From Nitrospirales bacterium (lineage in GTDB: Bacteria > Nitrospirota > Nitrospiria > Nitrospirales > UBA8639): a DNA stretch of 64,000 nt. The position numbers were made by a program, and so were the translations under genes. The stretch covers positions 166,362 through 230,361 of the forward strand of contig CBDCXG010000003.1 of NCBI GenBank assembly GCA_965223685.1, written 5' to 3'. Below, one piece after another: positions 45,810-57,111 of this stretch. A model generated the notes under the pieces. The model did not search any database. It was not told where the DNA came from and worked only from the letters and a program-made list of their open reading frames with translations. Numbering within the stretch: the first letter of the stretch is position 1; each line of letters opens with the position of its first letter.

Positions 45810-46310
45810 TTAGGTGTGAGACCTTCTCCGATCCTCAAAGCGGTCCTTCCATTTCTGTAAGAACTCGGTCGCTTTGGACTTTTGTTCCGGAGTTAAGACG
45901 GCGTGAAAGTCAGCAATTTTAGCGGTCACCTCTGGGGTGAAGTCCTCCACAATTGCTTGATGTCGTTTCACGATGTCTTGGACGCCGCTCTGGTCAAGCG
46001 TGTCACTGGAAATCAGATCGAGAACCTCATCAAAGGTTTGAATTCTGGTCTGGGACATGGCTTGTCGGGCCTTCTGCAAAGACTCTTGCACCCCTTGAAG
46101 TTTGGTTTTTTGAGTTTCATTTAAATCCAGTTTCTCTGCGATGCGATCAATCTTGTGCTGGCCATCGTGACGTTTTCCCCAGTAAGAGGACATGAAGCCT
46201 CCGTCATGAGAGCCGCACCACCCTGAATGGCTTTTCGAAGCACCAACGGCTATAACGGTACCAAGTAACATCAAGCCCGCGATGCTGAAAATGAGAATTC
46301 GTTTTTTCAT
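45810..46310 (-). CDS. Spy/CpxP-family periplasmic protein
   Basis: Signal peptide; LNETQK and LTPEQK (LTxxQ) motifs. Confidence 0.85.
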   Translation of the reverse strand: MKKRILIFSIAGLMLLGTVIAVGASKSHSGWCGSHDGGFMSSYWGKRHDGQHKIDRIAEKLDLNETQKTKLQGVQESLQKARQAMSQTRIQTFDEVLDLISSDTLDQSGVQDIVKRHQAIVEDFTPEVTAKIADFHAVLTPEQKSKATEFLQKWKDRFEDRRRSHT

Positions 46311-46479
46311 GAGATCCCTCCTTTGTGCGATGATGAATAAATCATTGTGATCTGTCATCACACACGCTACCATTCACCAAATCGGAGATCTTCTCACAAT
46401 CGTAAAGTTTTGTAACGAATTGTAACAAGCCAGAGGAAAATGTTTTGCTTGCTTCAAGCCAAAGAATTATTAAAATATC

Positions 46480-47106
46480 ATGGGAATGAGAAACACGGTA
46501 GGCCATCGTATTATAGCATGTCAGGATTGTGACCTGTTGCATCGGCAGTGCATGTTGCGAAATGGTCAACGAGCCCTTTGCTCCCGTTGTGGGGCGGTAC
46601 TCTATCGAAAACGCAAGGATAGTCTGGATCACACTCTGGTATTTTCATTGACGGCAGTGATTTTCTTTCTATTGGCTAATGTCTTTCCCTTCATGACGTT
46701 TAAATATGAGGGGCGCATACAGGAAAGTGTGTTGTTTTCTGGAGTTGCTGCCCTGTTTGCCCAAGATTTGTGGGCAGTGGCGACGTTAGTTCTCCTGGTG
46801 AGTATCGTAATCCCGCTCCTCAAAATTTTAGGGATGTTGTATGTGCTAATCCCGATACGACTCAAGCAACGGCCATGGCATGCCGCCAAAGTTTTCCGTA
46901 TTGTTGAGGCCTTGCATCCGTGGGCCATGGTAGATGTGTATATGTTGGGAGTGATTGTGGCGATTGTGAAGATCAATGATTTTGCGGCGATTGTTCCAGG
47001 GACTGCGCTGTACTCTTTTGCCGCGTTGTTGCTCTCGATGGCGGCCGCAGGTGCTGTCTTGGATCCCCATCAGGTATGGGAGCGGTTAGAGAAGATCGAT
47101 GCGTAG
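46480..47106 (+). CDS. pqiA: Paraquat-inducible protein A, first half-gene
   Basis: CQDC...CSRC, LLANVFP, WAMVDVYMLG. Confidence 0.9.
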   Translation: MGMRNTVGHRIIACQDCDLLHRQCMLRNGQRALCSRCGAVLYRKRKDSLDHTLVFSLTAVIFFLLANVFPFMTFKYEGRIQESVLFSGVAALFAQDLWAVATLVLLVSIVIPLLKILGMLYVLIPIRLKQRPWHAAKVFRIVEALHPWAMVDVYMLGVIVAIVKINDFAAIVPGTALYSFAALLLSMAAAGAVLDPHQVWERLEKIDA

Positions 47107-47737
47107 TGCGAAAAGTCAAAGAACCCAAGTGGCGCTTATTGGTTGTACAACCTGCCAACTTGTGAGTCGTATTCAGAGGTTACCTCCACATGCATATGCG
47201 AGGTGTCGGCGGTGTGGAGCTCGGCTCACTCATCGCAAACCCAAGAGCTTGTCACGAACCTGGGCACTGATTATTGCTGCGTATATCTTATATATTCCTG
47301 CAAATGTGTATCCAATCATGACAGTCATTTCTTTTGGCAAAGGAGACCCGGATACGATTTTGAGTGGAGTGCAATCGTTGTGGGCCAGTGGCTTGTGGCC
47401 GCTGGCGGTTCTGGTGTTTTTTGCGAGTATTACGGTTCCGTTAATTAAGCTTTTTGGACTGACATTTCTGTTAGTATCCGTTCAGGCCAAATGGCAATGC
47501 CGCCCGAGAATCCGAACCATTCTCTATCGCCTAACTGAAGCGGTAGGGCGGTGGTCCATGATCGACATTTTCATGATTTCGATTTTGGTGGCGTTAGTGA
47601 GATTGGAAGCTATTGCGACGATCGAGCCTGGTCCGGCCGCGACATCTTTTGCGGCAGTGGTGATTCTGACTATGTTTGCCGCGACGAGCTTTGATCCTCG
47701 ATTAATCTGGGATGCCCTGGAAACGCAGGATGGCTGA
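47099..47737 (+). CDS. pqiA: Paraquat-inducible protein A, second half-gene
   Basis: CTTC...CRRC, YIPANVYP, GRWSMIDIF. Confidence 0.9.
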   Translation: MRSAKSQRTQVALIGCTTCQLVSRIQRLPPHAYARCRRCGARLTHRKPKSLSRTWALIIAAYILYIPANVYPIMTVISFGKGDPDTILSGVQSLWASGLWPLAVLVFFASITVPLIKLFGLTFLLVSVQAKWQCRPRIRTILYRLTEAVGRWSMIDIFMISILVALVRLEAIATIEPGPAATSFAAVVILTMFAATSFDPRLIWDALETQDG

Positions 47738-49406
47738 GGAACAGACAAGGCAATCATTGTATGAAGAGCTCCCTGAAGTGGCAGTGGCTTCGCGGGAGGG
47801 ATTTTCCTACGTGTGGATTATTCCAGTGGTGGCGGTATTACTCGGCGGCTGGGTGGCATATAAGACGATTTCCGATGCCGGGCCAACCATAACGATTACG
47901 TTTAAAGAAGGAGGCGGGTTGGAAGCTGGCAAGACGAAGATCAAATATAAAGCGGTAGATGTGGGTACGGTCGAAACGGTTCAAATTACGGATGATCTCT
48001 CGCATGTGGTTGTTACGGCAAAAATGAATAAAGAAACAGAGACACATTTGACGACCAACACTAAATTTTGGGTCGTCAGACCGCAAATTGGGTTGAGTGG
48101 GGTTTCCGGCCTAGAGACCTTAGTGTCGGGTGCCTATATTGACGCAGATCCCAGGCCAGGAGAGCCAGCGTGGGAATTTATCGGTTTGGACCAACCCCCT
48201 GGTGTGACAGCGTTTGAAGAAGGAACGGAATTTCAATTGGTCGCGAAAGAATTGGGATCTTGCTATCCAGGCGCCCCGGTATTTCTACGTGGGATTAGAG
48301 TGGGCCGAATTTTAGGCCATGAGTTGTCAAAAGATTATCAAAGTGTGTTCATTGGAGTGTTTGTCCAGGCGCCCTATGATTCGCTGGTGCAGGATACCAG
48401 CAGATTTTGGCAAAGGGCTGGAATTGAGGCTTCGGTGGGAGCGGAAGGTATTGATGTGAAAATGGAGTCGCTCGCTTCCGTTGTGGCAGGTGGTGTAGCC
48501 TTTGATACACCGGTTTTGGCAGCTGGAATAAGCAATTCGAGCAAGCCGGGAACCGTATTTGAGCTATTTGACAGCTTTGGAAGTATTGGGGAAGGCAAAT
48601 ATGTTCGCAAAATTCCCTATTTGCTGCATTTTGATGGCTCTGTCCGCGGATTGAACGTTGGTGCTCCGGTTGAATTGAAAGGTATCAAAGTTGGAGTGGT
48701 TACCGATATTGCCATGAAATTGGATCCAAAGACACTAAATTTTGAGGTGCCAGTGGCGATTGAGATACATCCTGACCGTATCGTGACGCCAGATGTCCGG
48801 GAGGCATTAGAGAAAATCAATTCGGAAGATCCGTATTCAGTTGGACGGATGTTGGTTGAGGGGCACGGGTTACGTGCCCAATTGCAAACCGGCAGTCTTC
48901 TCACAGGGCAATTATTTGTGGATCTGGATTTTTATCCAGAGCTTCCGAAAGCTTCACTTCTGATGACTAGCACGTTCCCGGAAATTCCAACGGTCCCGTC
49001 AACATTAGATAAATTCCGCCGGACGGCCACCAACGTCTTAGAGGAATTACGACAACTTCCGTTAGATAAAATTGCGCATGAATTGTTGGAGACCTTGAAA
49101 GGGACCAAACGGCTAGCGAATTCCCCAGGTCTGATCCAAGCCGTGCAGTCATTGACTACGACCCTCGAAGATGTACAAAAACTCACGTACGATGTGGACC
49201 AGACTGTGACATCATTGGCCGTGAGCACTGAAAAAACATTGGCGGCAGCTAGATCGGCGTTAGAGATCGCTGATCCTCATTCTCCAACAGCAGTAAATTT
49301 GGCCAATACTCTGGAAGAGCTTGCATCTGCAGCGCGGTCTATTCGAGTGTTAGCCGATTACCTGGAACAACATCCGGAGTCATTGGTACAGGGGAAAAAT
49401 GAATGA
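47730..49406 (+). CDS. pqiB: MCE-domain intermembrane lipid transport protein PqiB
   Basis: N-terminal TM; MCE repeats (GLEAGKTKIKYKAVDVG, GAPVFLRGIRVG, GLNVGAPVELKGIKVG). Confidence 0.92.
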   Translation: MAEEQTRQSLYEELPEVAVASREGFSYVWIIPVVAVLLGGWVAYKTISDAGPTITITFKEGGGLEAGKTKIKYKAVDVGTVETVQITDDLSHVVVTAKMNKETETHLTTNTKFWVVRPQIGLSGVSGLETLVSGAYIDADPRPGEPAWEFIGLDQPPGVTAFEEGTEFQLVAKELGSCYPGAPVFLRGIRVGRILGHELSKDYQSVFIGVFVQAPYDSLVQDTSRFWQRAGIEASVGAEGIDVKMESLASVVAGGVAFDTPVLAAGISNSSKPGTVFELFDSFGSIGEGKYVRKIPYLLHFDGSVRGLNVGAPVELKGIKVGVVTDIAMKLDPKTLNFEVPVAIEIHPDRIVTPDVREALEKINSEDPYSVGRMLVEGHGLRAQLQTGSLLTGQLFVDLDFYPELPKASLLMTSTFPEIPTVPSTLDKFRRTATNVLEELRQLPLDKIAHELLETLKGTKRLANSPGLIQAVQSLTTTLEDVQKLTYDVDQTVTSLAVSTEKTLAAARSALEIADPHSPTAVNLANTLEELASAARSIRVLADYLEQHPESLVQGKNE

Positions 49407-50062
49407 AGAGACTGTTGATGGGAGCAAGAAAAAATCTGGGCTTTTTAGTGATGCTTATTAGTCTCTCACATGTGTGGGGATGCGCCACAACACAACCCAC
49501 TCATTTTTATCTGATGCGTGCGATGGGTCCTTCTGCGAGTGCTTCCATGTTAGAAACGAAACTTCAGGGTGTGTCATTAGGGTTAGGGCCGATTCGTGTT
49601 CCCAAATATTTAGAACGACCTCAGATTGTCACGAGACTCAGTCCGCATGAAATCCATTTGGCAGAATTTCATAAATGGGGTGCTCCTCTGAAAGAGAATG
49701 TCAGTCATGTTTTGGAAGAGAATCTTTCGGAGCTTTTGGACACCGACAAAATTATCATCTATCCCTGGAATCGATCCAAATTGCCGGATTACCAATTGTC
49801 AGTGGATATTATTCAATTTGACGGGACGAGAAACCAGGAGGCGGTCCTCAAAGTTCGCTGGGCTTTGGCAAAAGGGGAAAAAACAATAATCTTTCACAAA
49901 AAGACTAGCCAGTTTTCAGAAGTTCCCCGCGGTGGAGACTATGAAGCGCTCGTCGAAGCCATGAGTCGCATGCTCGCTGCCTTCAGCCAAGAAATCGCTG
50001 ATGTCCTCAGTGCTCGTTCGACTCCAACTCTTAAAATGTCTAAGCCCAAAACGAATGAATGA
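49403..50062 (+). CDS. pqiC: PqiC-family lipoprotein
   Basis: Lipobox WGC, VPKYLERPQIV, W in HKWGAPL. Confidence 0.88.
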   Translation: MKRLLMGARKNLGFLVMLISLSHVWGCATTQPTHFYLMRAMGPSASASMLETKLQGVSLGLGPIRVPKYLERPQIVTRLSPHEIHLAEFHKWGAPLKENVSHVLEENLSELLDTDKIIIYPWNRSKLPDYQLSVDIIQFDGTRNQEAVLKVRWALAKGEKTIIFHKKTSQFSEVPRGGDYEALVEAMSRMLAAFSQEIADVLSARSTPTLKMSKPKTNE

Positions 50063-50217
50063 CAATCTCTCAAATAGAGTTCCCACAAAAATTTGTTCCT
50101 GCTGTTTCCTGTGAGTGACACTTTTAATTAAGGCATTTTCCATTGAGAGAATAGCTGTTGCAACAATAAGTTGGCTTAGGGAATTGGGGTAGAAAAAAAG
50201 ATCATGCTTGCCCTGAT

Positions 50218-50832
50218 TTAGGCGAGCTTGATGTCTAAGCCGGAAGCGGTTGTTTGGAGCACTCTAGTCTGAGAAATTTCTTGTAGGGCATCTCCCGTCA
50301 GCTCATTGCCGATGGCATCTACCAATATGATGACCTGAAACTTGAGCTCGCAGGCATCCGCAATTGTTTGTTTGAGACAATCTCGGGTTGCAGGTCCTAA
50401 GACAAAGATAGTTTTCACATTTAAATCTTCTAGTCGATCTGCCAAGCTGCTTTCTTGAAAACCTGATCCTGAATCTTTCTTGGGGTCTGTACCTTTTGAA
50501 ATGACCATCATGCCGGGTGGCATGACTAAATTCGAATGGAATTGTGCGCCGCGTGACCCTTGAACGCAATGGGTGGGATGTGGTCCACCTTGTTCGATAA
50601 AGGAACAATGATTAGGTGGGTGCCAATCGCGTGTAGCAAGTATAGGCCAGCCATTTCGGCTGAAGTGTTGAATGTAAGCGTTGATGATGGGAATGAGATT
50701 TGTGTCTTCCTGCAGTCCCATTGCCCCACCTGGGAAAAAGTCGTTTTGAGGGTCCACAAGGAGCAGGGCCGATTGACGATCAGGTAGGGGAATGGATCTT
50801 TGTTCAGAAGGCTCGTCTTTAGAGAGTTTCAT
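50218..50832 (-). CDS. pncA: Nicotinamidase/pyrazinamidase-family protein
   Basis: VDPQNDF, TRDWH, HCVQGS, SKG, catalytic Cys region ATRDC. Confidence 0.8.
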   Translation of the reverse strand: MKLSKDEPSEQRSIPLPDRQSALLLVDPQNDFFPGGAMGLQEDTNLIPIINAYIQHFSRNGWPILATRDWHPPNHCSFIEQGGPHPTHCVQGSRGAQFHSNLVMPPGMMVISKGTDPKKDSGSGFQESSLADRLEDLNVKTIFVLGPATRDCLKQTIADACELKFQVIILVDAIGNELTGDALQEISQTRVLQTTASGLDIKLA

Positions 50833-50898
50833 TACATTGGTGAACTTCAGGATTTTTCAAGCCTGTGAAGCTCTTTCGTATTTTAGAGCATCGAGGAC

Positions 50899-50934
50899 TC
50901 TACCTCACCTAGCCTCTCCTTACAAAGGAGAGGC
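50899..50934. repeat. Short palindromic repeat family D, second copy
   Basis: TCTACCTCACCTAGCCTCTCCTTACAAAGGAGAGGC; lies just downstream of argB. Confidence 0.65.
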
Positions 50935-50940
50935 ATATTT

Positions 50941-51834
50941 TTAGGCGACGATTTCTGTGCCGATACCTTTATCTGTGAAAATTTCTAGTAAGACGGCATG
51001 GGGGACTCGCCCATCAATAATGTGAGATTTTTTTACACCACCTTGGAGGGCCGTCAGGCAGGCATGGACTTTTGGGAGCATGCCTTCGCTGATCACTTTT
51101 TTCTTCACCATTTGTTCCATGTGTTTCCGTGAAAGCGTCGAGACATGGTGTTTGTTGGCATCGCGAATCCCTTTTACATCACTCAGCATCAGGAGTTTTT
51201 CTGCCTGAATAGCAGCTGCCAAACTTCCGGCGACCAGGTCGGCATTAATATTATGGGTGTTGCCTTTGGCGTCGACCCCAATAGGGGCGATCACGGGAAT
51301 GAAATTGGCATTTTGCAGGGTGAGCAACAAATCACTATTGACGTGACTGACTTCTCCCACGAGGCCAAAATTTTCTGACTGGAGAGCTTCAGTCGATCCG
51401 CTATATCGATGAAACAGACTTTTGGGGTTAAACGATTTTGTTGTAAATAATTGCCCGTCCTTTCCGGTGAGTCCCACCGCTTTTCCACCATGTTGGTTCA
51501 GGAGAGCGACTATTTCTTTATTAATTCTGCCACCTAAAACCATTTCCACAACTGCCATGGTTGGTTCGTCAGTGACACGGACACCATGAATAAATTTTGC
51601 TTCAATACCAAGGGTGTCCAACATTTTATTGATTTGCGGCCCACCTCCATGAACAACGATGGGATTGAGTCCCACATATTTCAGCAACACCACATCTTCC
51701 GCGAATCCTTCTTTGAGGTCTTCAGCCACCATGGCGTTGCCCCCATATTTAATGACAATCGTTTTTCCGGCAAAATTCCGGATATAGGGTAAGGCTTCGA
51801 CAAGGATGTCAGCTTTTTTAATGAGTTTGTCCAT
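50941..51834 (-). CDS. argB: Acetylglutamate kinase
   Basis: IKYGGNAM, VHGGGPQI, NINADLVA, GMLPKV, FTDKGIGT. Confidence 0.97.
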   Translation of the reverse strand: MDKLIKKADILVEALPYIRNFAGKTIVIKYGGNAMVAEDLKEGFAEDVVLLKYVGLNPIVVHGGGPQINKMLDTLGIEAKFIHGVRVTDEPTMAVVEMVLGGRINKEIVALLNQHGGKAVGLTGKDGQLFTTKSFNPKSLFHRYSGSTEALQSENFGLVGEVSHVNSDLLLTLQNANFIPVIAPIGVDAKGNTHNINADLVAGSLAAAIQAEKLLMLSDVKGIRDANKHHVSTLSRKHMEQMVKKKVISEGMLPKVHACLTALQGGVKKSHIIDGRVPHAVLLEIFTDKGIGTEIVA

Positions 51835-51857
51835 GGGTGCTGTGAGTTTCCAAATGC

Positions 51858-53267
51858 TTATAAGATGAATCGACTGAGATCTTGATCTTTCACGATATTG
51901 TGCAAATGATCTTTGACGTACTGGGCATTGACCGTGACCTGTTTTTCTGGAAGATCTTGCGCTTCAAATGATACATCTTCCAGGAGACGTTCCACGATTG
52001 TGAACAGACGACGAGCTCCAATATTTTCGGTGCGGTCGTTCACCTCAACGGCCGTTGCGGCAATCTCTTCGATGCCATCTGGTGTGAAGTCGAGGTTGAT
52101 ACCTTCGGTTTCCAAAAGGGCGTGATATTGTTTGATCAATGCGTTCTTGGGTTCTGTAAGAATCCGGATCAGGTCATCTTTTGTTAAAGGTTCTAGTTCT
52201 ACTCGAATGGGAAACCGGCCTTGTAATTCAGGGATGAGGTCCGACGGTTTTGAGACGTGAAATGCACCTGCAGCAATAAACAAAATATGGTCGGTTTTAA
52301 CCAGCCCGTGTTTTGTATTTACTGTGGAGCCTTCCACGATGGGCAAGAGATCTCGTTGAACGCCTTCTCGAGAAATGTCCGGTCCTTGGTGTTTTTCTTT
52401 CCCGGCAATTTTGTCGATTTCATCCAAAAAGACGATGCCGGATTGTTCTGTGCGTGAGATGGCTTCTTTGGTCACTTCGTCCATGTCGATTAATTTCTGA
52501 GCTTCTTCGTGGGCTAAAAACTTCAACGCTTCAGAAATTTTCATGCGCCTGTCTTTTTTCTTCCCGGGCATCATCCCTCCGAGCATTTCTCGAAGGTTGT
52601 GTTCCATATCTTCCATCCCGCCGATATTAGAAATGATGCCAACCGGAAGCCCTCCTCGTTCTTTGATCTCGATTTCTACCATCCGATCATCAAGCTTGCC
52701 TGCTTGTAATTGTTTGCGAAGCTTGGCGCGCGTGGATTCCTGAGTCGTGGGTTTTGGGGGCGAAACTGTCTCTGACGTTTCGTCTTCTTGACGAGGCTCC
52801 TTCGTTGAAGCGGAAGGTGATGGGGGAAGAAGAATGTCTAGCACGCGTTCTTCGGCCATTTCTTCGGCTTTGTGTTGGACTTGTTCTAAATAGGCCGACT
52901 TCACTTGGTTAATCGAAATATCCGTAAGATCGCGGATAACGGATTCGACATCCCGACCCACATAGCCAACCTCAGTGAATTTCGAAGCTTCCACTTTAAT
53001 AAAAGGTGCATCAGCAAGTTTAGAGACCCTGCGAGATACCTCGGTCTTTCCTACGCCGGTTGGTCCAATCATGATGATATTTTTCGGGACGATTTCCTCT
53101 CGAAGTTCAGGACTGAGTTGTTGTCGGCGCCACCGATTGCGAAGTGCGATGGCGACCATCCGCTTGGCGTCTTTCTGCCCAATGACATAGCGATCGAGCT
53201 CTTCCACGATTTGGCGTGGGGTCATGGCATCGAATGTTGAGGTTGAAGCGACGGGTTTCTGTTCCAT
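51858..53267 (-). CDS. hslU: ATP-dependent protease ATPase subunit HslU
   Basis: [43 protein letters not shown]. Confidence 0.98.
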   Translation of the reverse strand: MEQKPVASTSTFDAMTPRQIVEELDRYVIGQKDAKRMVAIALRNRWRRQQLSPELREEIVPKNIIMIGPTGVGKTEVSRRVSKLADAPFIKVEASKFTEVGYVGRDVESVIRDLTDISINQVKSAYLEQVQHKAEEMAEERVLDILLPPSPSASTKEPRQEDETSETVSPPKPTTQESTRAKLRKQLQAGKLDDRMVEIEIKERGGLPVGIISNIGGMEDMEHNLREMLGGMMPGKKKDRRMKISEALKFLAHEEAQKLIDMDEVTKEAISRTEQSGIVFLDEIDKIAGKEKHQGPDISREGVQRDLLPIVEGSTVNTKHGLVKTDHILFIAAGAFHVSKPSDLIPELQGRFPIRVELEPLTKDDLIRILTEPKNALIKQYHALLETEGINLDFTPDGIEEIAATAVEVNDRTENIGARRLFTIVERLLEDVSFEAQDLPEKQVTVNAQYVKDHLHNIVKDQDLSRFIL

Positions 53268-53270
53268 AGG

Positions 53271-53807
53271 TTATTTCGGTAACTCCTCGATGACGATGTT
53301 ATGGTTAGTGTAAATATCAATGCTCCCGGCGATTTGCATACTTTGCTCTACAATCTGTTTGGGCGCAAGTTCCGTTTGAGCCAGTAGGGCACGGGCGGCG
53401 GCTAAGGCGTAAGAGCCCCCTGAGCCAATGGCTAAGATCCCGTCTTCAGGCTCAATGACATCTCCAGTACCGGAAATAATAAAAGACTGTTCATGGTTTG
53501 CGACAGCCAGCAATGCTTCGAGTCGTCGAAGCACACGATCTGTCCGCCAGTCTTTTGCGAGTTCAACAGCCGCGCGGGTTAGTTTTCCACGATATTCTTC
53601 TAGTTTGGCCTCGAACTTTTCGAACAGTGTAAAGGCATCAGCCGTGGCTCCTGCAAACCCTGCCAGGACTTGATTCTGATGCATCGTACGCACTTTTCGA
53701 GCATTACTTTTCATGACTGTCGTGCCGACGGTCACTTGGCCATCAGAGCCCATGGCCACAATAGGGCCTTTTCGTACGCAAAGAATGGTCGTAGAACGAA
53801 TGATCAT
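53271..53807 (-). CDS. hslV: ATP-dependent protease peptidase subunit HslV
   Basis: [26 protein letters not shown]. Confidence 0.97.
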   Translation of the reverse strand: MIIRSTTILCVRKGPIVAMGSDGQVTVGTTVMKSNARKVRTMHQNQVLAGFAGATADAFTLFEKFEAKLEEYRGKLTRAAVELAKDWRTDRVLRRLEALLAVANHEQSFIISGTGDVIEPEDGILAIGSGGSYALAAARALLAQTELAPKQIVEQSMQIAGSIDIYTNHNIVIEELPK

Positions 53808-54781
53808 GATTGGGGCTTGTCTCCGTTTGGTGATGAGGCTGTGGAAGAGCCCGATCGCGGATGGGCTCGATCATAGACTGCCATGAGTTGATCTGTGGCG
53901 ACATGCGTATATTTTTGGGTCGTGGCTAAAGACGCATGTCCAAGCAATTCTTGGATGGCCCGTAAATCAGCTCCCTCATCTAGCAAATGCGTGGCAAACG
54001 AATGGCGTAGCGTATGCGGGGTCACAGATTTAGAGAATCGATCTCCAGCATGGTGTTTAATGATACGCTCGACACTTCGGCTAGTTAATCGTCCTCCACG
54101 GGCGTTGACAAAGAGGGGTTGAGGTACTGAACGAGAGGAACGCCCTTGGCGGAGTTTCCTTCTCTTTGAATGGCCAAGCTGTGGGAGCTGCTGCTGATAC
54201 TCACGTATGGCTTCGGTGGCAACGGAACCAATAGGGACCCTCCGTTCCTTTTTCCCTTTTCCACGCACTCGAATGAGTTGAGCCTCCAGGTCCAGGTCCT
54301 CCCAATTGAGTCCCATCAATTCTGAGACTCTGGTTCCACTTGAATAGAGGGTTTCGAACATAGCCTGATTGCGGGCCTGAATCCATGTTTGGGCAGATGG
54401 AGTGTCGAGGAGCACAGTGACTTCGTCTTTAGTGAGAACCGTTGGAAGATGTGTGCCGAGACGTGGGGAGCGAACGGCAGCCGCTGGATTGTGAGTGATA
54501 CGTCCCTCCTCAAGGAGATATCGAAAGAAACTTTTGAGACAGGCTAATTTTCGAGACAAAGAAGTTTTTTTGAGTCCTTGATCGCTGAGATGTTTTAAAT
54601 GGGAGCGGATATGGAGTGCATGGATCGCGTTGAGTTGGAAGTCGCGGTCTGCTTGAAAAAACTCATTGTGAAGATGTGCCAGGAATTGTTGAAGATCAGA
54701 TTGGTAGTTGCGGTACGTCTCTTCTGAAGCCCCGCGTTCCAATTGCAGATACAGTATAAAAGCTTGAATGGCATCATTCAT
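53804..54781 (-). CDS. xerC: Tyrosine recombinase XerC
   Basis: [35 protein letters not shown]; TGATG coupling to trmFO; canonical trmFO-xerC-hslVU order. Confidence 0.92.
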   Translation of the reverse strand: MNDAIQAFILYLQLERGASEETYRNYQSDLQQFLAHLHNEFFQADRDFQLNAIHALHIRSHLKHLSDQGLKKTSLSRKLACLKSFFRYLLEEGRITHNPAAAVRSPRLGTHLPTVLTKDEVTVLLDTPSAQTWIQARNQAMFETLYSSGTRVSELMGLNWEDLDLEAQLIRVRGKGKKERRVPIGSVATEAIREYQQQLPQLGHSKRRKLRQGRSSRSVPQPLFVNARGGRLTSRSVERIIKHHAGDRFSKSVTPHTLRHSFATHLLDEGADLRAIQELLGHASLATTQKYTHVATDQLMAVYDRAHPRSGSSTASSPNGDKPQS

Positions 54782-56097
54782 CAGGAAAGTCCGGATTCTA
54801 TGGCCCAAGTGTGGAAATCTGAAAATGCTCGTTCTTGTATGGCTTGTCGTTTTTTTTGTTTATCTCGAATAGGACTATCGAGCGGAGGGAACAGTCCAAA
54901 GTTTGTGTTAATGGGTTGGAAATATTTAGGCTCACAGGTGGTTATGTAGTGTAGCAAGGCTCCATGTGCCGTAGTTGGGGGTGGTGTAGATAGATCTTGT
55001 GTCGCTAATAGGCGTGCAGCGTTCAGTCCTGCCAGCCCTCCGCTGGCTGCGGCTTCCACATAGCCTTCCACACCGACCAATTGGCCCGCAAAAAAAATGT
55101 TGGATTGTTTTTTTAGTTGCAATCTCTTGTTCAAGAGTATTGGGACGTTAATGAAGGTGTTGCGATGAATACTTCCATAACGAAGAAATTCAGCCTCTTC
55201 TAACCCGGGAATCATTCGAAATATTCTACGTTGCTCTGGATATTTGAGTTTGGTTTGGCAGCCGACCAAATTGTAGCAAGAGCCATGTTGGTTTTCTGCC
55301 CGTAATTGTAACACAGCAAATGGCCGTGTTCCCGTTTTGGGGTCAATGAGGCCCACTGGTTTCATTGGCCCGAAGGCCAAGGTTTGTCGACCACGGTCTG
55401 CCATGACTTCTACAGGCAAGCATCCTTCAAAGTAGGGAATGTTTTCAAAATCTTTCGGTTGAACCCGATCTGCCCGTACCAGGGCATCGTAGAATTGATT
55501 ATAGGTTTCCTCGTCCATGGGGCAGTTGAGATAATCGGCACTACCTTTCTCATAGCGTGAGGCCCGAAAGATTCGGTCCATATTGAGCGACTCGGTGTCA
55601 ACGATGGGGGAGATCGCATCAAAAAAATACAGGTTTTTTGATCGGGTCAGTTGAGTCATGGCCTCCGATAATTTTGAGGAGGTTAATGGACCGGTCGCAA
55701 TGATGCAGACTGCATCCTCTGGAATGTCTTGAATTTCCTCGCGAAGGATTCGCACATTAGGATGCTCACTTAAAGTTTGTGTGATTTTTTGCGAAAATTG
55801 GTCTCGATCAACGGCCAGGGCCGACCCAGCAGGAACGGCGACATCATCTGCAACTTTTATGATTAACGAACCAAGCTGCCGCATTTCCTGCTTGAGAATT
55901 CCAGGTGCGCTCAGGGGATCGTTGGAGCCTAAGGAGTTGGAGCATACAATCTCAGCGAGTTGTTCGGTCTTATGGGCCGCTGTTTCCGTTTTGGGCCGCA
56001 TCTCATAAAGAGTAACTTTTGCTCCATGATTGGCGGCTTGCCATGCGGCTTCGGAGCCGGCGAGGCCGCCTCCAATAATAACGAGGTCTTCTCTCAT
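54781..56097 (-). CDS. trmFO: tRNA (uracil-54) methyltransferase, folate/FAD dependent
   Basis: GGGLAGSEAA, ELVCSNS-like EIVCSNSLG, YGSIHRNTF, GVEGYVEA. Confidence 0.97.
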   Translation of the reverse strand: MREDLVIIGGGLAGSEAAWQAANHGAKVTLYEMRPKTETAAHKTEQLAEIVCSNSLGSNDPLSAPGILKQEMRQLGSLIIKVADDVAVPAGSALAVDRDQFSQKITQTLSEHPNVRILREEIQDIPEDAVCIIATGPLTSSKLSEAMTQLTRSKNLYFFDAISPIVDTESLNMDRIFRASRYEKGSADYLNCPMDEETYNQFYDALVRADRVQPKDFENIPYFEGCLPVEVMADRGRQTLAFGPMKPVGLIDPKTGTRPFAVLQLRAENQHGSCYNLVGCQTKLKYPEQRRIFRMIPGLEEAEFLRYGSIHRNTFINVPILLNKRLQLKKQSNIFFAGQLVGVEGYVEAAASGGLAGLNAARLLATQDLSTPPPTTAHGALLHYITTCEPKYFQPINTNFGLFPPLDSPIRDKQKKRQAIQERAFSDFHTWAIESGLS

Positions 56098-56173
56098 GAG
56101 TATGAGCTATGGAGCAAACAATGAAGACGTTCAAAAATGCAGGTAAAAATCTCAATATATCGAAAAAAAAGTG

Positions 56174-56998
56174 TCAACCATCACATGAAGAGCATAAACC
56201 AGTCAAGGCTTGCCGCGCTCGATCATGACAGTCTTTTGTGGTGGCTAAGACCCCGTGAAGATTCCGAAATTCATTCGTGCCATATTGAATCGGATTTCCG
56301 TGAATGTCAGTGAAGCAACCGCCAGCACCCCGTAAAATGGCTTCAGGACCACATGCATCCCAGGATTTGGTATAGGGCCCTGGCTCCATATAGAGATCCG
56401 CTCCACCATTGGCAATGAATCCAATTTTTAGTCCGACACTTCCCATAGGATGCTCCTCTTGAATATTAAGGGACTGTTTTATTGGTGATAATTTTGGTGA
56501 ACGATGGGAGCGAGAGGCCACAAGCCTTAAAGCCGTTTGAGTTTTTGCTTGTTCAGCCCGTAAGGGATAGCGTGTTCCTTTATGTTCCATCCAAGCTTCC
56601 TGATCCGAAATGCCCGCGAAAAGTTGGTCTTCTGTTGGTCGATAGACGATTCCCAATTGTGTTTTCCCATCAAGTGTTAAGCCAATCATGATGGAAAATT
56701 CACCATTTTTGGCAATAAATTCTTTTGTTCCATCCAAAGGGTCCACATACCAGATTCTTCCTGTTGGTTGACAATCGGTAGGCAGGGGACTTTCTTCAGC
56801 CACAATGACATCGTTCTGGAAATGGGCGGTCAGTCCCTCTACGATGAGATTATTAGCTAGTTGATCGGCTTCCGTGACTGGATCGTTTTTACTTTTATAG
56901 GATATTGCAAAATCTTTTTCATAAATGCCCATTACAACCTGCCCTGCTTGTCTAGCTAGTTTTGAAGCAATGTCGAGTTCATGTGTCCAATTTGTCAT
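56174..56998 (-). CDS. cysQ: 3'(2'),5'-bisphosphate nucleotidase, CysQ/inositol monophosphatase family
   Basis: PVTEAD, AEE, VDPLDGTKEF, ASRSH, WDACG. Confidence 0.88.
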   Translation of the reverse strand: MTNWTHELDIASKLARQAGQVVMGIYEKDFAISYKSKNDPVTEADQLANNLIVEGLTAHFQNDVIVAEESPLPTDCQPTGRIWYVDPLDGTKEFIAKNGEFSIMIGLTLDGKTQLGIVYRPTEDQLFAGISDQEAWMEHKGTRYPLRAEQAKTQTALRLVASRSHRSPKLSPIKQSLNIQEEHPMGSVGLKIGFIANGGADLYMEPGPYTKSWDACGPEAILRGAGGCFTDIHGNPIQYGTNEFRNLHGVLATTKDCHDRARQALTGLCSSCDG

Positions 56999-57111
56999 GA
57001 GCCATCCTGGTAAAAAGTTGAAAGAATTCCATCTCTCAAGCCGATATGAGAGAATGGAGAAGATTGTATATGGAGTGAGGGAAGCATTGTATTTCAAACA
57101 AGAGTGACGTA

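Noticed and set aside
46480-47737. Split pqiA as a frameshifted pseudogene
   Set aside because: Each half has its own start, Cys motifs and an 8-nt overlap; two-gene pqiA is a common natural arrangement.
53804-54781. xerC as island integrase
   Set aside because: It sits in the conserved trmFO-xerC-hslV-hslU block with translational coupling, far from the accessory region.
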